Below are positions 31,353 through 40,718 of a stretch of 64,000 bases of DNA, one piece after another. The DNA lies in the NCBI GenBank assembly GCA_000965745.1, contig CP009479.1:576001-640000 (forward strand), given 5' to 3'. The translations under genes were made by a program, and so were the position numbers. Numbering within the stretch: the first letter of the stretch is position 1; each line of letters begins with the position of its first letter. The notes beneath the pieces were generated by a model, which was not told where the DNA came from, ran no database searches, and saw nothing but the letters and a program-made list of their open reading frames with translations. This DNA is from an uncultured archaeon (lineage in GTDB: Archaea > Thermoplasmatota > Thermoplasmata > Thermoplasmatales > Thermoplasmataceae).

Positions 31353-33002
31353 CTAGTTAATCACCTCTGACAACTCTGTGCTCGATCTCTCTCCCCTAAA
31401 GCCTACATTTTCACTTTCCTTCTTATTGTCATATATCACTTTCTCAACCCATTCTTCCTTGTATTCTTCAACTAACAGTTTATACTGATTCGTGTAAGTG
31501 TAGTCGAACAGCCTGTAAGGTATAGTTCCAACGAGCACCTCTTCAATCTTGAGCGGTTTGATTTCGTAGCCGGAAAGATTCTCTTCCATTGTGTTAGCAA
31601 TTTCCCCAATTCCACCGTCGCGGCTAATTATGTTGTAGTTATATGCCGGCACAATGTAGAAAATACCGACAGGAGAGGCGATATCACCGATTAAGGTGTA
31701 CTTTGATGTCGGATTATCGGAGCCTCCAAGGATGTCTCTCAATAGACGATCTCTCTTTGCTCTGATTTCTTCCTGGTTAACCACTGTTGAGAAAAGGATA
31801 TCGGAATGCAGCGGCAGATCCTGAATTGCTGTAATGCGCTTTATTACACCTCTATCGTGTAGCCTGGTGTACGCGTAATCAGACAGACCGTTATCAAATC
31901 CGTATTTCTTATCTATCTCGGACAGGTTGATGCTTCCGTCGATGCACAATTCCTTCAGTACTGCCCATTCTCTCTTGAATATCTGGTCCTCGTCGGGCCT
32001 TTGCTGTCCTTTCTTGCGCTTCCAAACTCTCTCATCTAGTATTTCGAAGAACTTATCTCTGATTGGCATAAAACCATAGGTAGTGAAGAACGGAGCAATG
32101 TTCCAAACAGAATCGAACGAAGGAGTCAGTGCCTCTCTCAGCTTGTAAATGTCGCTTCTTATCTCGTCATCGTTTCTAGCCAGGATGTGCATTACAAGAT
32201 CTATATCTCCTTCCGTCGCAGCGGCAAACTGCACCATCGGTTGCTTTTCCAAGGTCTCTTTCATCTCGTCTCTATTTGGTCTGTGAGGATAGTCTTCCGT
32301 GAACTTTACAAACGCAATGTAGCTCAGGTATCCAAGCTTGTTTATGTCAAGTTCTGCGGTGTATCTCAGCCTGAACTTTTTATCGACATCGTTTAGAAGC
32401 TTTCGTGCATTCTTCATGCTTGTACCTGCAATCTCTGCGAAGTGTTTTGTCGTGATCCGCCCGTTCATGGAGAGTGCCATCAAGGCTTTTCTCTCTTTAT
32501 CAGAAGGAATCGGCAACTCAGGAAACCACTTTTCCCTGAGTCTTTCATACTTTCTCCCTTTGTATTGCGAAAGAAGCTTCTTCGCAAGGGCATATCCCGC
32601 TTCGTAGCACTCTGGATCGAAGTCTCCCACTCTTGAAACAATCTGTCCTATCGCTTCGTCTATATTCGCACCTCGATCAATCAGAACTTTCGCTGAATTT
32701 TCGTGCTCAAAGCACAAGGCCTCCGTGAGATACAATGTTCCATCATTCTCCTTGCCATTCGGGTCCATAGCGTAATGCGCAATCAGCCTGTCGACCGCCG
32801 CACTCTCATCATTCATTAAAGCATCTTCCAACAGATCTTTCTTGGATTTCCAGTCTTCCCCATAGTACGCATCCTTCGCCTCGTCCAGTTCATGGTCAAG
32901 ACTTGCAGTGTCCCTGAAGACCGCCTTTACAAGATCAAGAAGCTGGCACCCCTCAATCGGCTCATCGGGTTCAAAATGCCTTATTTTCCCCAAGCTCCGC
33001 AC
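31353..33002 (-). CDS. Large Lrp/AsnC-like protein (two HTH/RAM-like units) with ankyrin-like N-terminal repeat
   Basis: ALSMNGRITTKHFAEIAG HTH, LDINKLGY, TEGDIDL; second HTH ELCIDGSINLSEI; N-terminal DGTLYLTEA...AKVLIDRGANID. Confidence 0.65.
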   Translation of the reverse strand: MRSLGKIRHFEPDEPIEGCQLLDLVKAVFRDTASLDHELDEAKDAYYGEDWKSKKDLLEDALMNDESAAVDRLIAHYAMDPNGKENDGTLYLTEALCFEHENSAKVLIDRGANIDEAIGQIVSRVGDFDPECYEAGYALAKKLLSQYKGRKYERLREKWFPELPIPSDKERKALMALSMNGRITTKHFAEIAGTSMKNARKLLNDVDKKFRLRYTAELDINKLGYLSYIAFVKFTEDYPHRPNRDEMKETLEKQPMVQFAAATEGDIDLVMHILARNDDEIRSDIYKLREALTPSFDSVWNIAPFFTTYGFMPIRDKFFEILDERVWKRKKGQQRPDEDQIFKREWAVLKELCIDGSINLSEIDKKYGFDNGLSDYAYTRLHDRGVIKRITAIQDLPLHSDILFSTVVNQEEIRAKRDRLLRDILGGSDNPTSKYTLIGDIASPVGIFYIVPAYNYNIISRDGGIGEIANTMEENLSGYEIKPLKIEEVLVGTIPYRLFDYTYTNQYKLLVEEYKEEWVEKVIYDNKKESENVGFRGERSSTELSEVIN

Positions 33003-33066
33003 CCTTCTATTATAGCCCTGCCTTCCAAATATTTATAACGTGCTATTTTTTCATTCCCCGGACACT

Positions 33067-33102
33067 GGTTAACCGCTAACCGTTATTCCAAGTGGGTTAA
33101 CC
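33067..33102. promoter_or_regulatory. Candidate parS/operator repeats (GGTTAACC)
   Basis: GGTTAACC at 33067 and 33095 plus GCTAACC; the same palindrome recurs at 34164 right after the partner gene. Confidence 0.45.
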
Positions 33103-33134
33103 ATAAACTTATAACTCTTCGCTTACAAGCCTAA

Positions 33135-33890
33135 ATGATGATCATTTCAATCGCCAACCAGAAGGGAGGTTGCGGAAAGACGACGACCGCAGCGAACCTG
33201 GGAGCGTTGCTTGCGCAGAAGCACAAGGTTCTCCTGGTAGACGTCGATCCGCAGGGAAACCTGACCACACATTTTGGCATTAACAAAGCTGACCAGAAGC
33301 ATACGATATACGATGTGATGCTCAATGGCAGGATTGAGGAAGCAATCATTCGAAAGGACGGTGTGGACATCGTGCCCAGCACTATTGACCTTGCAGGCGC
33401 AGAGGTAGAGCTTTCAGGAAAAATAGGAAGAGAGTACATTCTAGACAACGAACTCAAGAGGATTGCTAGGAAATATGACTATGTTATCATAGATACGCCG
33501 CCCAGTCTGGGAATATTCACCATCAACTCGCTTGTTGCGTCAGATTATGTTCTGATACCAGTGCAGGCCGAGTTCTTCGCTTTAGAAGGATTGACACAAC
33601 TCATGAGAGTCGTAGAACTCGTGAACTCAAGGCTCTCAAGAAACCTGAAATTGCTTGGAATGCTCATAACGATGTTCAATTCCAGAACAAGATCGTCAAA
33701 GGAGATTCTTGAGGATGTCAGGAAACATTACTCGAAGAGCCTGCTTAAGACAGTTATACCCAGGAACGTGACCGTAACGGATTCCACCATGGCAGGTTCT
33801 CCTGTAGTGAGATATCGGAAAACCGCCCCCGCATCAAAGTCTTACGTTGCACTTGCAAAAGAAATTGAAAGAATGCTCAAGGTGAAATGA
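33135..33890 (+). CDS. parA: ParA/Soj family ATPase
   Basis: NQKGGCGKTT, DVDPQGN, IDTPP. Confidence 0.95.
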   Translation: MMIISIANQKGGCGKTTTAANLGALLAQKHKVLLVDVDPQGNLTTHFGINKADQKHTIYDVMLNGRIEEAIIRKDGVDIVPSTIDLAGAEVELSGKIGREYILDNELKRIARKYDYVIIDTPPSLGIFTINSLVASDYVLIPVQAEFFALEGLTQLMRVVELVNSRLSRNLKLLGMLITMFNSRTRSSKEILEDVRKHYSKSLLKTVIPRNVTVTDSTMAGSPVVRYRKTAPASKSYVALAKEIERMLKVK

Positions 33891-34162
33891 TGGCAGATAT
33901 CAAGAAGAGAGGTTTGGACAGCCTGATATCACAGAACTCACACTCTGATGCCGAGACGAATAGGCCAGAGGAGAGATTCATAAAGACGGTGGGCTTCAAA
34001 GTAACCGAGAAGCAGTACGAGACCTACAAAAGATACTCAAAGTACTTTGGTTCTGACGACCTTATTAAGAAATGGCGTTCTGATCTTGACAAGATAGAAC
34101 GGGAGAGGGGCAAGGACCTAGAAAGCGTGGAAACTGAAATCAGGAAACGGCTAACAAAGTAA
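33887..34162 (+). CDS. Putative small ParA partner (centromere-binding adaptor)
   Basis: Overlaps parA; N-terminal KKRGLDSLI resembles a ParA-stimulating peptide; KTVGFKVT suggests an RHH beta-strand. Confidence 0.65.
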   Translation: MMADIKKRGLDSLISQNSHSDAETNRPEERFIKTVGFKVTEKQYETYKRYSKYFGSDDLIKKWRSDLDKIERERGKDLESVETEIRKRLTK

Positions 34163-34205
34163 CGGTTAACCGAAAACCCCCTAAGTTCATAAAACTCAAA
34201 CTTGG

Positions 34206-34928
34206 TCATTTCATTAATGCACTTTGCCATCTCTTAAGAGCTTGTTCGAGTCGAAGTCTAAGAGCCTTATCATTCGTTTTTCTTGCTATATTCGTGACGA
34301 CCTGTTCAACGTCAGACTCGGTCGTGATAACACTACCTATGAGATTTCTTGTATTTGCTGACTTTGCCAACTCAACAAGTAATAGAAATTCTCTTTTGTT
34401 TTTTGCGATGACCTGGATTTCCGGGATCATGATTCTCACCTGACCGGGTAAGCTTGGAAAGGTAGCTTGAAGAGACAGACCCTCAGGTGTGTTCCAGAAG
34501 GCTCTTCTGAATTCCCTTTCCAAGTTGTAATTGGCTCTGGTACCCTTAAGAGTTCCTTCTAGACGGCTTTTCTCAATGATTTTTCTGCGTAAAAGACGTA
34601 TCTGCATGGGTAGAAGTGGATTGTTTGCGACTGGATCACCATGAACAGGTAAGTTATCAATCTGGAAATTTATTGTTTTAGCGAAATCTCGCAATGGCAT
34701 GGACCCCTTCAGTTGATTACATGCTAGACATGATGTCACATAGTTGATCATTTCGTCAGTGCCGTTTTCAGCTAAGGGTATCAGGTGATCTACTGTGATC
34801 TCCTCACGCGAAATCTTTTTTCCACAATATTGACAGGTAAAGTTATCTCTTGCGTATACTTCTTTTCTGACTTTCCACGGTATTCTATGCCTTCCAACTT
34901 TGTTTTTGTGCGTGAACCTGTCTTGCAT
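34206..34928 (-). CDS. HNH endonuclease
   Basis: RDNFTCQYCG, VDHLIP...G....N....C..CN..KG. Confidence 0.9.
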   Translation of the reverse strand: MQDRFTHKNKVGRHRIPWKVRKEVYARDNFTCQYCGKKISREEITVDHLIPLAENGTDEMINYVTSCLACNQLKGSMPLRDFAKTINFQIDNLPVHGDPVANNPLLPMQIRLLRRKIIEKSRLEGTLKGTRANYNLEREFRRAFWNTPEGLSLQATFPSLPGQVRIMIPEIQVIAKNKREFLLLVELAKSANTRNLIGSVITTESDVEQVVTNIARKTNDKALRLRLEQALKRWQSALMK

Positions 34929-35009
34929 TTCCTGTACCCAAAACGAATCTGTCTTTTCACTTAAACCTTCATTTCACGTTTCTTTGGTAGCATAAGCATC
35001 TTGGTTTCC

Positions 35010-35085
35010 GTCACTAAACTTGTAATTTTAGTAACGCCACTAAACACTGGATTTTAATAACATATGCGTCCCTAAATTCTATGAC
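35010..35085. promoter_or_regulatory. Candidate three-subsite res site
   Basis: GTCACTAAA/TTTAGTAAC, GCCACTAAA/TTTAATAAC and GTCCCTAAA/TATGAC immediately upstream of the resolvase. Confidence 0.6.
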
Positions 35086-35089
35086 TTAA

Positions 35090-35695
35090 ATGACGCTCGC
35101 TTTTGCCTATGTTAGAGCCAGCACGCAGGAGGAGGTCAGGCAGGGCTCCAATGAGAGGCAGAAGGATGTAATCCGGCAGTACGCGGAACCCAGAAGATTT
35201 GAACTCGAATTCTTCGAAGACAGGGCAAAGTCAGGGAAGAACACCCAGAGACCGGACTTCGAGAGGATGCTGAAATCCCTTGATAAGAAACCCAAGGTGG
35301 TCATTGTGGCAAAGATAGACAGGTTTGCGCGATCACTTTCCGATCTCCTTAGAATGCTTGAGTTTCTGGGCCAGAATGGCATAGGATTCGTGAGCGTCAA
35401 TGACCCAGGCATTGATACCACCACACCCAATGGAAGGCTCCTGCTGCAAATTCTGGGCGCTTTCGCCGAATTTGAGAGGAATATGATCAATTCACGCACA
35501 AAGGCAGGAAGGGAACAAGCCATGAACAGGGGAGTCAAGTTCGGAAGACCTGCGCTAAAAACAAGGAATGGCAGCTTCATTGACAGACGAAAAGTTATCG
35601 AAATGAGACAGAAAGGCCTGTCCGCCAGAGCCATTGCAAAGTCCATGGAATGCTCTGTAACACCAATACTCAAAATACTAAAAGAAAATCTCTAA
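35090..35695 (+). CDS. Small serine recombinase (resolvase)
   Basis: AYVRAST, SGK..QRP, KIDRFARS, FAEFER, C-terminal HTH. Confidence 0.95.
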   Translation: MTLAFAYVRASTQEEVRQGSNERQKDVIRQYAEPRRFELEFFEDRAKSGKNTQRPDFERMLKSLDKKPKVVIVAKIDRFARSLSDLLRMLEFLGQNGIGFVSVNDPGIDTTTPNGRLLLQILGAFAEFERNMINSRTKAGREQAMNRGVKFGRPALKTRNGSFIDRRKVIEMRQKGLSARAIAKSMECSVTPILKILKENL

Positions 35696-35928
35696 TTCCA
35701 CGGGAAAGAGAGAGAGTCGCCGAACGCGTCAGCGTTCTTCTTATATAATATATACCTGATACAATGAACATTACATATTAAAAAAATGGAATTTTCCCTA
35801 ATTTTTAAAGCTTGAAACGAACAGAGAACTGGCCACTCGTTTTCTGACACTCTCTCTCAAAAGTCAATAACGACTGTTCTGCCACACTCAATGATTCGAC
35901 TCGTTCGTTACTTTTAATAATCTTACCA

Positions 35929-37041
35929 GTGAAGCATGATTGTGCAGGTGATCCAATGGCAATGAAAGATCCCTATGCATTCTTCGACACCAAGGTAAAG
36001 CAGAGGGCAAAGGAGACCAGCAACATAAAGAATGCAATGCTCTTTGACATGGACTTCAAGCCAAACCAGATTCTAATCAGAAAGGAACTCGACAAGGTAA
36101 CGGATGACCTAGCTGATTATGTTAACCTGCACCTGCCGAGGCACATAATCATATACGGCTCCAAGGGCTCGGGCAAGACGCTCAGCGCCTTGATTATGGC
36201 CAGGGCCCTGAAAGAGAGCAAATCCGTGCCATATTACTACATAAACGTGAGGGAAAACCCAACCTCCATCAAAATATACCGCTATTTGACGAGGATTTCC
36301 AGCAGAGGTCATGACATCGACGAGGTGAAGAACAAATTCGACTCCCTGTTATCTGGAAAATCCATTGTCATACTGGACGAGGTTGATTTCCTGCAGGACT
36401 ATGACATCCTGTATCACATCACGAGACACACGAAAGCCAATCTTATCCTCTTGACTCAGAAAGTCTACTGGTACAAGGACATGAACGATGAGAGTGTTAA
36501 GAGTTCGCTTCAGCCGGACCACATAGTATTCCACGAGTACAACGCCGAAGAAATGCGAGAGATCCTGAAGATGAGGGCAGAGGAGGGCCTTAACAGATTT
36601 GACAAGGATGCCCTGGGGCTTCTCTCTGCCATGCTGGTAAGAGAATACAGAAGCGATGCAAGAATTGGAATCAAGGCGCTGGAAATCCTCGGAAGGATCA
36701 ATAAATGGACTGATGAAGCTGTGAGAGCAGCACTGAGACAGGCATATGTTGAAGTGGAAGGAGAAACCCTGAGGAATCTGGGTGACAGGGATTTAATCAT
36801 TCTCGCCTCCTTGATCAAGAATCAGGACACAAACAAGGCGTATACGGAAGTTACCAATGTCAATAACTTCCTGGTAAATGGGATGAGCAAGTCCACATTT
36901 TTCCAGAGCGTCAATTACCTTCAGAACCTTGGTCTTGTCACGCTGATAAAGAAGAAGATTGGTCGGTACTATACAATGGAATCGCAAATTTTATTATCCG
37001 ATGCGTCGATTGTATCTGTCGAGCTGAAAAAGAGGCTATAG
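35929..37041 (+). CDS. Cdc6/Orc1-like replication initiator
   Basis: Walker A GSKGSGKT, Walker B VILDEVD, FHEYN.EE...IL..R, DAR; C-terminal wHTH. Start probably ~35956. Confidence 0.85.
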   Translation: MKHDCAGDPMAMKDPYAFFDTKVKQRAKETSNIKNAMLFDMDFKPNQILIRKELDKVTDDLADYVNLHLPRHIIIYGSKGSGKTLSALIMARALKESKSVPYYYINVRENPTSIKIYRYLTRISSRGHDIDEVKNKFDSLLSGKSIVILDEVDFLQDYDILYHITRHTKANLILLTQKVYWYKDMNDESVKSSLQPDHIVFHEYNAEEMREILKMRAEEGLNRFDKDALGLLSAMLVREYRSDARIGIKALEILGRINKWTDEAVRAALRQAYVEVEGETLRNLGDRDLIILASLIKNQDTNKAYTEVTNVNNFLVNGMSKSTFFQSVNYLQNLGLVTLIKKKIGRYYTMESQILLSDASIVSVELKKRL

Positions 37042-37042
37042 A

Positions 37043-40000
37043 ATGGAAAATGAGATTATCTTACGGGAAAATGTATATAAAAAAATTCTTACAATTGACG
37101 AAGCCAAAGGTGTTTACGAGCTATTCGGCACTTTGGGATTTCCCAAATCCGCAATACTGGACGCCTCTTCCAAAAGAAAAAAGTCCACATTCGAATTCAA
37201 GAAGGAAGATAATGAGAGGATTAAAGAAATATTCTCTGTGCTGAATCTGGATGAAAAACTCCCGGTTTTCCTTCTGGAAACAACTACATTGACGCCGTCT
37301 TTTATAAGGTCTGTCACAAATACATTTGACAAGCAGTATATTCAATACCTTCTTATTTTCACAGTTAAATACGATGATATCGTCTTTGTTTTCCCAGATA
37401 AGGAGAAGGTAGAGGCCGGGAAACACAAACTCAAACTGATCAAACTCAACGTTGACAAAGAAGACATAAAAACTAAGAAAATTTATTACAGCGTCATTGA
37501 GACTCTAGTGAATCTTAGATATGAAGATAAAGCAACTTGGAGAGACGTTTGGAGAAATTGGAAGAAAGCCTTCAGTGTAGAACGAGTGACAGAAGCCTTT
37601 TTTGACGATTACAAAGAGGTTTTCTTCAAATTAAGGAGCGAATTGCAGAAACAAAGGATTACCAGCAAAGAATCCCATGAATTTACCCTGCAATTCCTTA
37701 ACAGGATCATGTTTATTTATTTCATAACCAAGAAAGATTGGTTGGAAAAACCAAAGTTTGTTGATTGGTTATGGTCTACTTACAGGGGACTAGGCAAGTA
37801 CAACTCTAACGAATTTTATGAAAAATGGATCAAACAGGTATTCTTAAAAGCCTTCAATAATAGGGCGAATGAGATTGAGGGTTTGCCGGACGACGTGGTA
37901 AGGGTGATGTCCAGTGCACCCTACCTCAATGGTGGACTCTTCAGAGAAAACGGATTAGACAGCCTTAAGGTACTTATTACGGACAAGATGTTCCAGAAGA
38001 TTCTTGAATTCTTTGAATCGTACAATTTCACAATTAAAGAGGATATGCCATTAGAGTCAGAAGTTGCTGTAGACCCTCAGATGATCGGTTATGTATATGA
38101 GTCCCTAGCTAATGTTGCGGAGGAAATCTATGATAGGAACGATCTTGGTATCTTTTACACCCCCAGAGTTGAAGTAGATTTCATGTGCAGGAGGAGTATA
38201 GTTGAATTTTTGTCCAAAAACCTGTCAGAACTGCCAAAGGAAAAATTCTATCATCTCGTTTTTGACCCGGTTGAAGAGAGGGAAAGGATAGAAGGGTGGT
38301 TCACGAAGAATGAGCATTGGGGGAAACTTGAAGACACCCTGAATAATCTGTCAGTGGTTGACCCAGCATGTGGCTCAGGTGCCTTTTTAGTGGGTATGCT
38401 AAATGTTGTTTCTGACCTTTACAGGATGACCTACAAACACACTGGGAACAACAGTCTATCTGACTTTGCATTGAAGAACAGAGTGATTCAATATTCCTTG
38501 TATGGCGTGGACGTCATGCCCTGGGCAATTCATGCCGCCGAATTAAGACTCTGGCTTCAACTTATAGTAGAAACTGAGTTCAAAAAAGAAGATTTGAGAC
38601 AACACCCACTTTTGCCCAACTTGAATCTCAATTTGAGAGTCGGAGACTCTCTAGTTCAAGAGATAGGCGGTATTAGTTTCAATTTAAGAACTAACAACCT
38701 AAAGAATCACTTGAAGAGGAAGTTGGAGGACCTAAAACAGGAGAAAAGAAAGTACTTCGAAAACTCACCAACTGCGAAGTTTAAGACCCCGGAAGAGGTT
38801 AAGGAAGAAGAAGTCAGATTATTTGAAGAAATCATAGATGAAAGAGTTGAGAGTCTCGCAACCGACATACAAGTCTACGAACATAACATAAAAATGGCAA
38901 GGTCTCAGAAAACGCTTGCCGGAGAGCAAATAATAGATGAAAAGAAAGTTAAGGAGAACCAGGTTAGAATTGATTCAAATAATGATGAGATAAGAAAACT
39001 AATGGGTGTCAAAAGCCATTTAAGTGATCCTGAGAAGAAACCCTTTGTATGGGACATAGACTTTGCAGAGATTTTTGCAGACAAGGAAGGATTCGATATT
39101 GTCATCGGTAATCCACCCTACGTAACTAGAACTTATATCTCCCCCCCTAACAGATTGAAAAAGACGGTTACTAAAGAAGAAAGAGATGAATATAAGGACA
39201 AATTACTATTTTCTGTAAAGACGAGATTCCCAGTAGTTGACAATATAAGCAAGCAGAGTGACTATTATGTGTATTTCTATTTTCACGGATTAAGCCTCCT
39301 CAATGAAAATGGCACTTTTTGTTTTATAACTTCAAGTTCTTGGCTTGACGTACAGTACGGGAAAAATATGCAAGAGTTTCTGTGCAAGTTTGTTCCTATT
39401 TTGGCAATTTATGATAATCCTAAGAGAAGTTTTGCTCATGCTGATATAAACACCATAATAGCTCTTTTTGGGTCTCCCGTAATCACACAGAGATCATTGA
39501 ATGAGTGGATACCGGGAATGTCTGGAGGGAATAAGACTACTTGGCCAAGTATCAAAAATACTTGCAAATTTGTTATGTTTAAGAAACCTTTTGAGGAAGT
39601 ACTTTCATCTGAAAATCTCATAAGCATAGAGAAAGTTCAAGCAAGCCATTCGGGAATGGAGATGAGTCAATTAGCGAATGACGTAGTTAGTACCAACGAA
39701 TATAGGATATTTCCCATTAAACAAGAGGATCTCCTAAAAGATGGGTGGGAATATCCAGAGGATACTAAGAAAGATGTGTTCAAATCTGGCAATTATGAAG
39801 GCAATAAATGGGGTGGAAAATTCCTTAGGGCTCCTGACGTATTTTATCACAAGATAATAACAAAACTCAACTCTAGAATAAACGACAAAGCAAGAGTAAC
39901 CTTAGGCCTTACGTCAGGTTATAACCCGTTCTTTTACATAAAAAAGAACGAAATATCCAAGTTTGGGATTGAGCCAGAATTTCTAGAAGAATTAATTAAA

Positions 40001-40717
40001 TCTCCGAAAGACTGTAAAACCTTTGTTTTGAGTAAAAACTCATCTTTATGGTATGTATTGAATATTGAAAAGAGTAAAAATGAGCTCGCAGGAACAAATG
40101 TTCTTAAATACATCCTTGAAGGGGAAAAGGAGAGAATACATAAGAGGCCGTATTTCGATAACAAGGGCAAGGATAAATGGTACAAACTCAACATGATAAG
40201 TGCGACTTTGGTACAACCATACGATGTTAACATAAGGCATTTTACTGCGTTCAACAGCACTGGTGCTTGTGTTGACAAAAGACTAGTTTGTATTAATCCC
40301 GAAAAGAAATACGAGAAGGTTTTTTGGGCATATTTAAACTCGATAATTGGGATGTTGATGAAGGAGCTTTTTGGTAAGTCTTCCTTAGGAGAAGGGGCGC
40401 TGGATAACTCTGTAAAGGACGTTGAAAGAATTCCATTTTTCTCCAACAGTTTATTCAATAAGAGCGAATTGAAAATAGACGAGCTAATTAAGTCCTTAGG
40501 CAGAAGACAAATTATGACTGTTTTTGAAGAAGTAGGTATAGATCAATCAAAACCAATAAGAGAGCAAGAACCTAACCCTCTCCCCGATAGGGCAGAGCTT
40601 GACAACATTATATTCGATGAATTGGGACTGACTCAGGATGAGAGGAAGGAAGTGTACTGGTCAGTTTGCGAGTTAGTGAAGCAGAGAATAGACAAAGCCA
40701 GAAGCCTGAGGGATTAG
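37043..40717 (+). CDS. Large N6-adenine DNA methyltransferase (Eco57I/type IIG-like) with target recognition domain
   Basis: YLNGGLF, GIFYTP, DPACGSGAF, FDIVIGNPPY. Confidence 0.92.
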   Translation: MENEIILRENVYKKILTIDEAKGVYELFGTLGFPKSAILDASSKRKKSTFEFKKEDNERIKEIFSVLNLDEKLPVFLLETTTLTPSFIRSVTNTFDKQYIQYLLIFTVKYDDIVFVFPDKEKVEAGKHKLKLIKLNVDKEDIKTKKIYYSVIETLVNLRYEDKATWRDVWRNWKKAFSVERVTEAFFDDYKEVFFKLRSELQKQRITSKESHEFTLQFLNRIMFIYFITKKDWLEKPKFVDWLWSTYRGLGKYNSNEFYEKWIKQVFLKAFNNRANEIEGLPDDVVRVMSSAPYLNGGLFRENGLDSLKVLITDKMFQKILEFFESYNFTIKEDMPLESEVAVDPQMIGYVYESLANVAEEIYDRNDLGIFYTPRVEVDFMCRRSIVEFLSKNLSELPKEKFYHLVFDPVEERERIEGWFTKNEHWGKLEDTLNNLSVVDPACGSGAFLVGMLNVVSDLYRMTYKHTGNNSLSDFALKNRVIQYSLYGVDVMPWAIHAAELRLWLQLIVETEFKKEDLRQHPLLPNLNLNLRVGDSLVQEIGGISFNLRTNNLKNHLKRKLEDLKQEKRKYFENSPTAKFKTPEEVKEEEVRLFEEIIDERVESLATDIQVYEHNIKMARSQKTLAGEQIIDEKKVKENQVRIDSNNDEIRKLMGVKSHLSDPEKKPFVWDIDFAEIFADKEGFDIVIGNPPYVTRTYISPPNRLKKTVTKEERDEYKDKLLFSVKTRFPVVDNISKQSDYYVYFYFHGLSLLNENGTFCFITSSSWLDVQYGKNMQEFLCKFVPILAIYDNPKRSFAHADINTIIALFGSPVITQRSLNEWIPGMSGGNKTTWPSIKNTCKFVMFKKPFEEVLSSENLISIEKVQASHSGMEMSQLANDVVSTNEYRIFPIKQEDLLKDGWEYPEDTKKDVFKSGNYEGNKWGGKFLRAPDVFYHKIITKLNSRINDKARVTLGLTSGYNPFFYIKKNEISKFGIEPEFLEELIKSPKDCKTFVLSKNSSLWYVLNIEKSKNELAGTNVLKYILEGEKERIHKRPYFDNKGKDKWYKLNMISATLVQPYDVNIRHFTAFNSTGACVDKRLVCINPEKKYEKVFWAYLNSIIGMLMKELFGKSSLGEGALDNSVKDVERIPFFSNSLFNKSELKIDELIKSLGRRQIMTVFEEVGIDQSKPIREQEPNPLPDRAELDNIIFDELGLTQDERKEVYWSVCELVKQRIDKARSLRD

Positions 40718-40718
40718 A

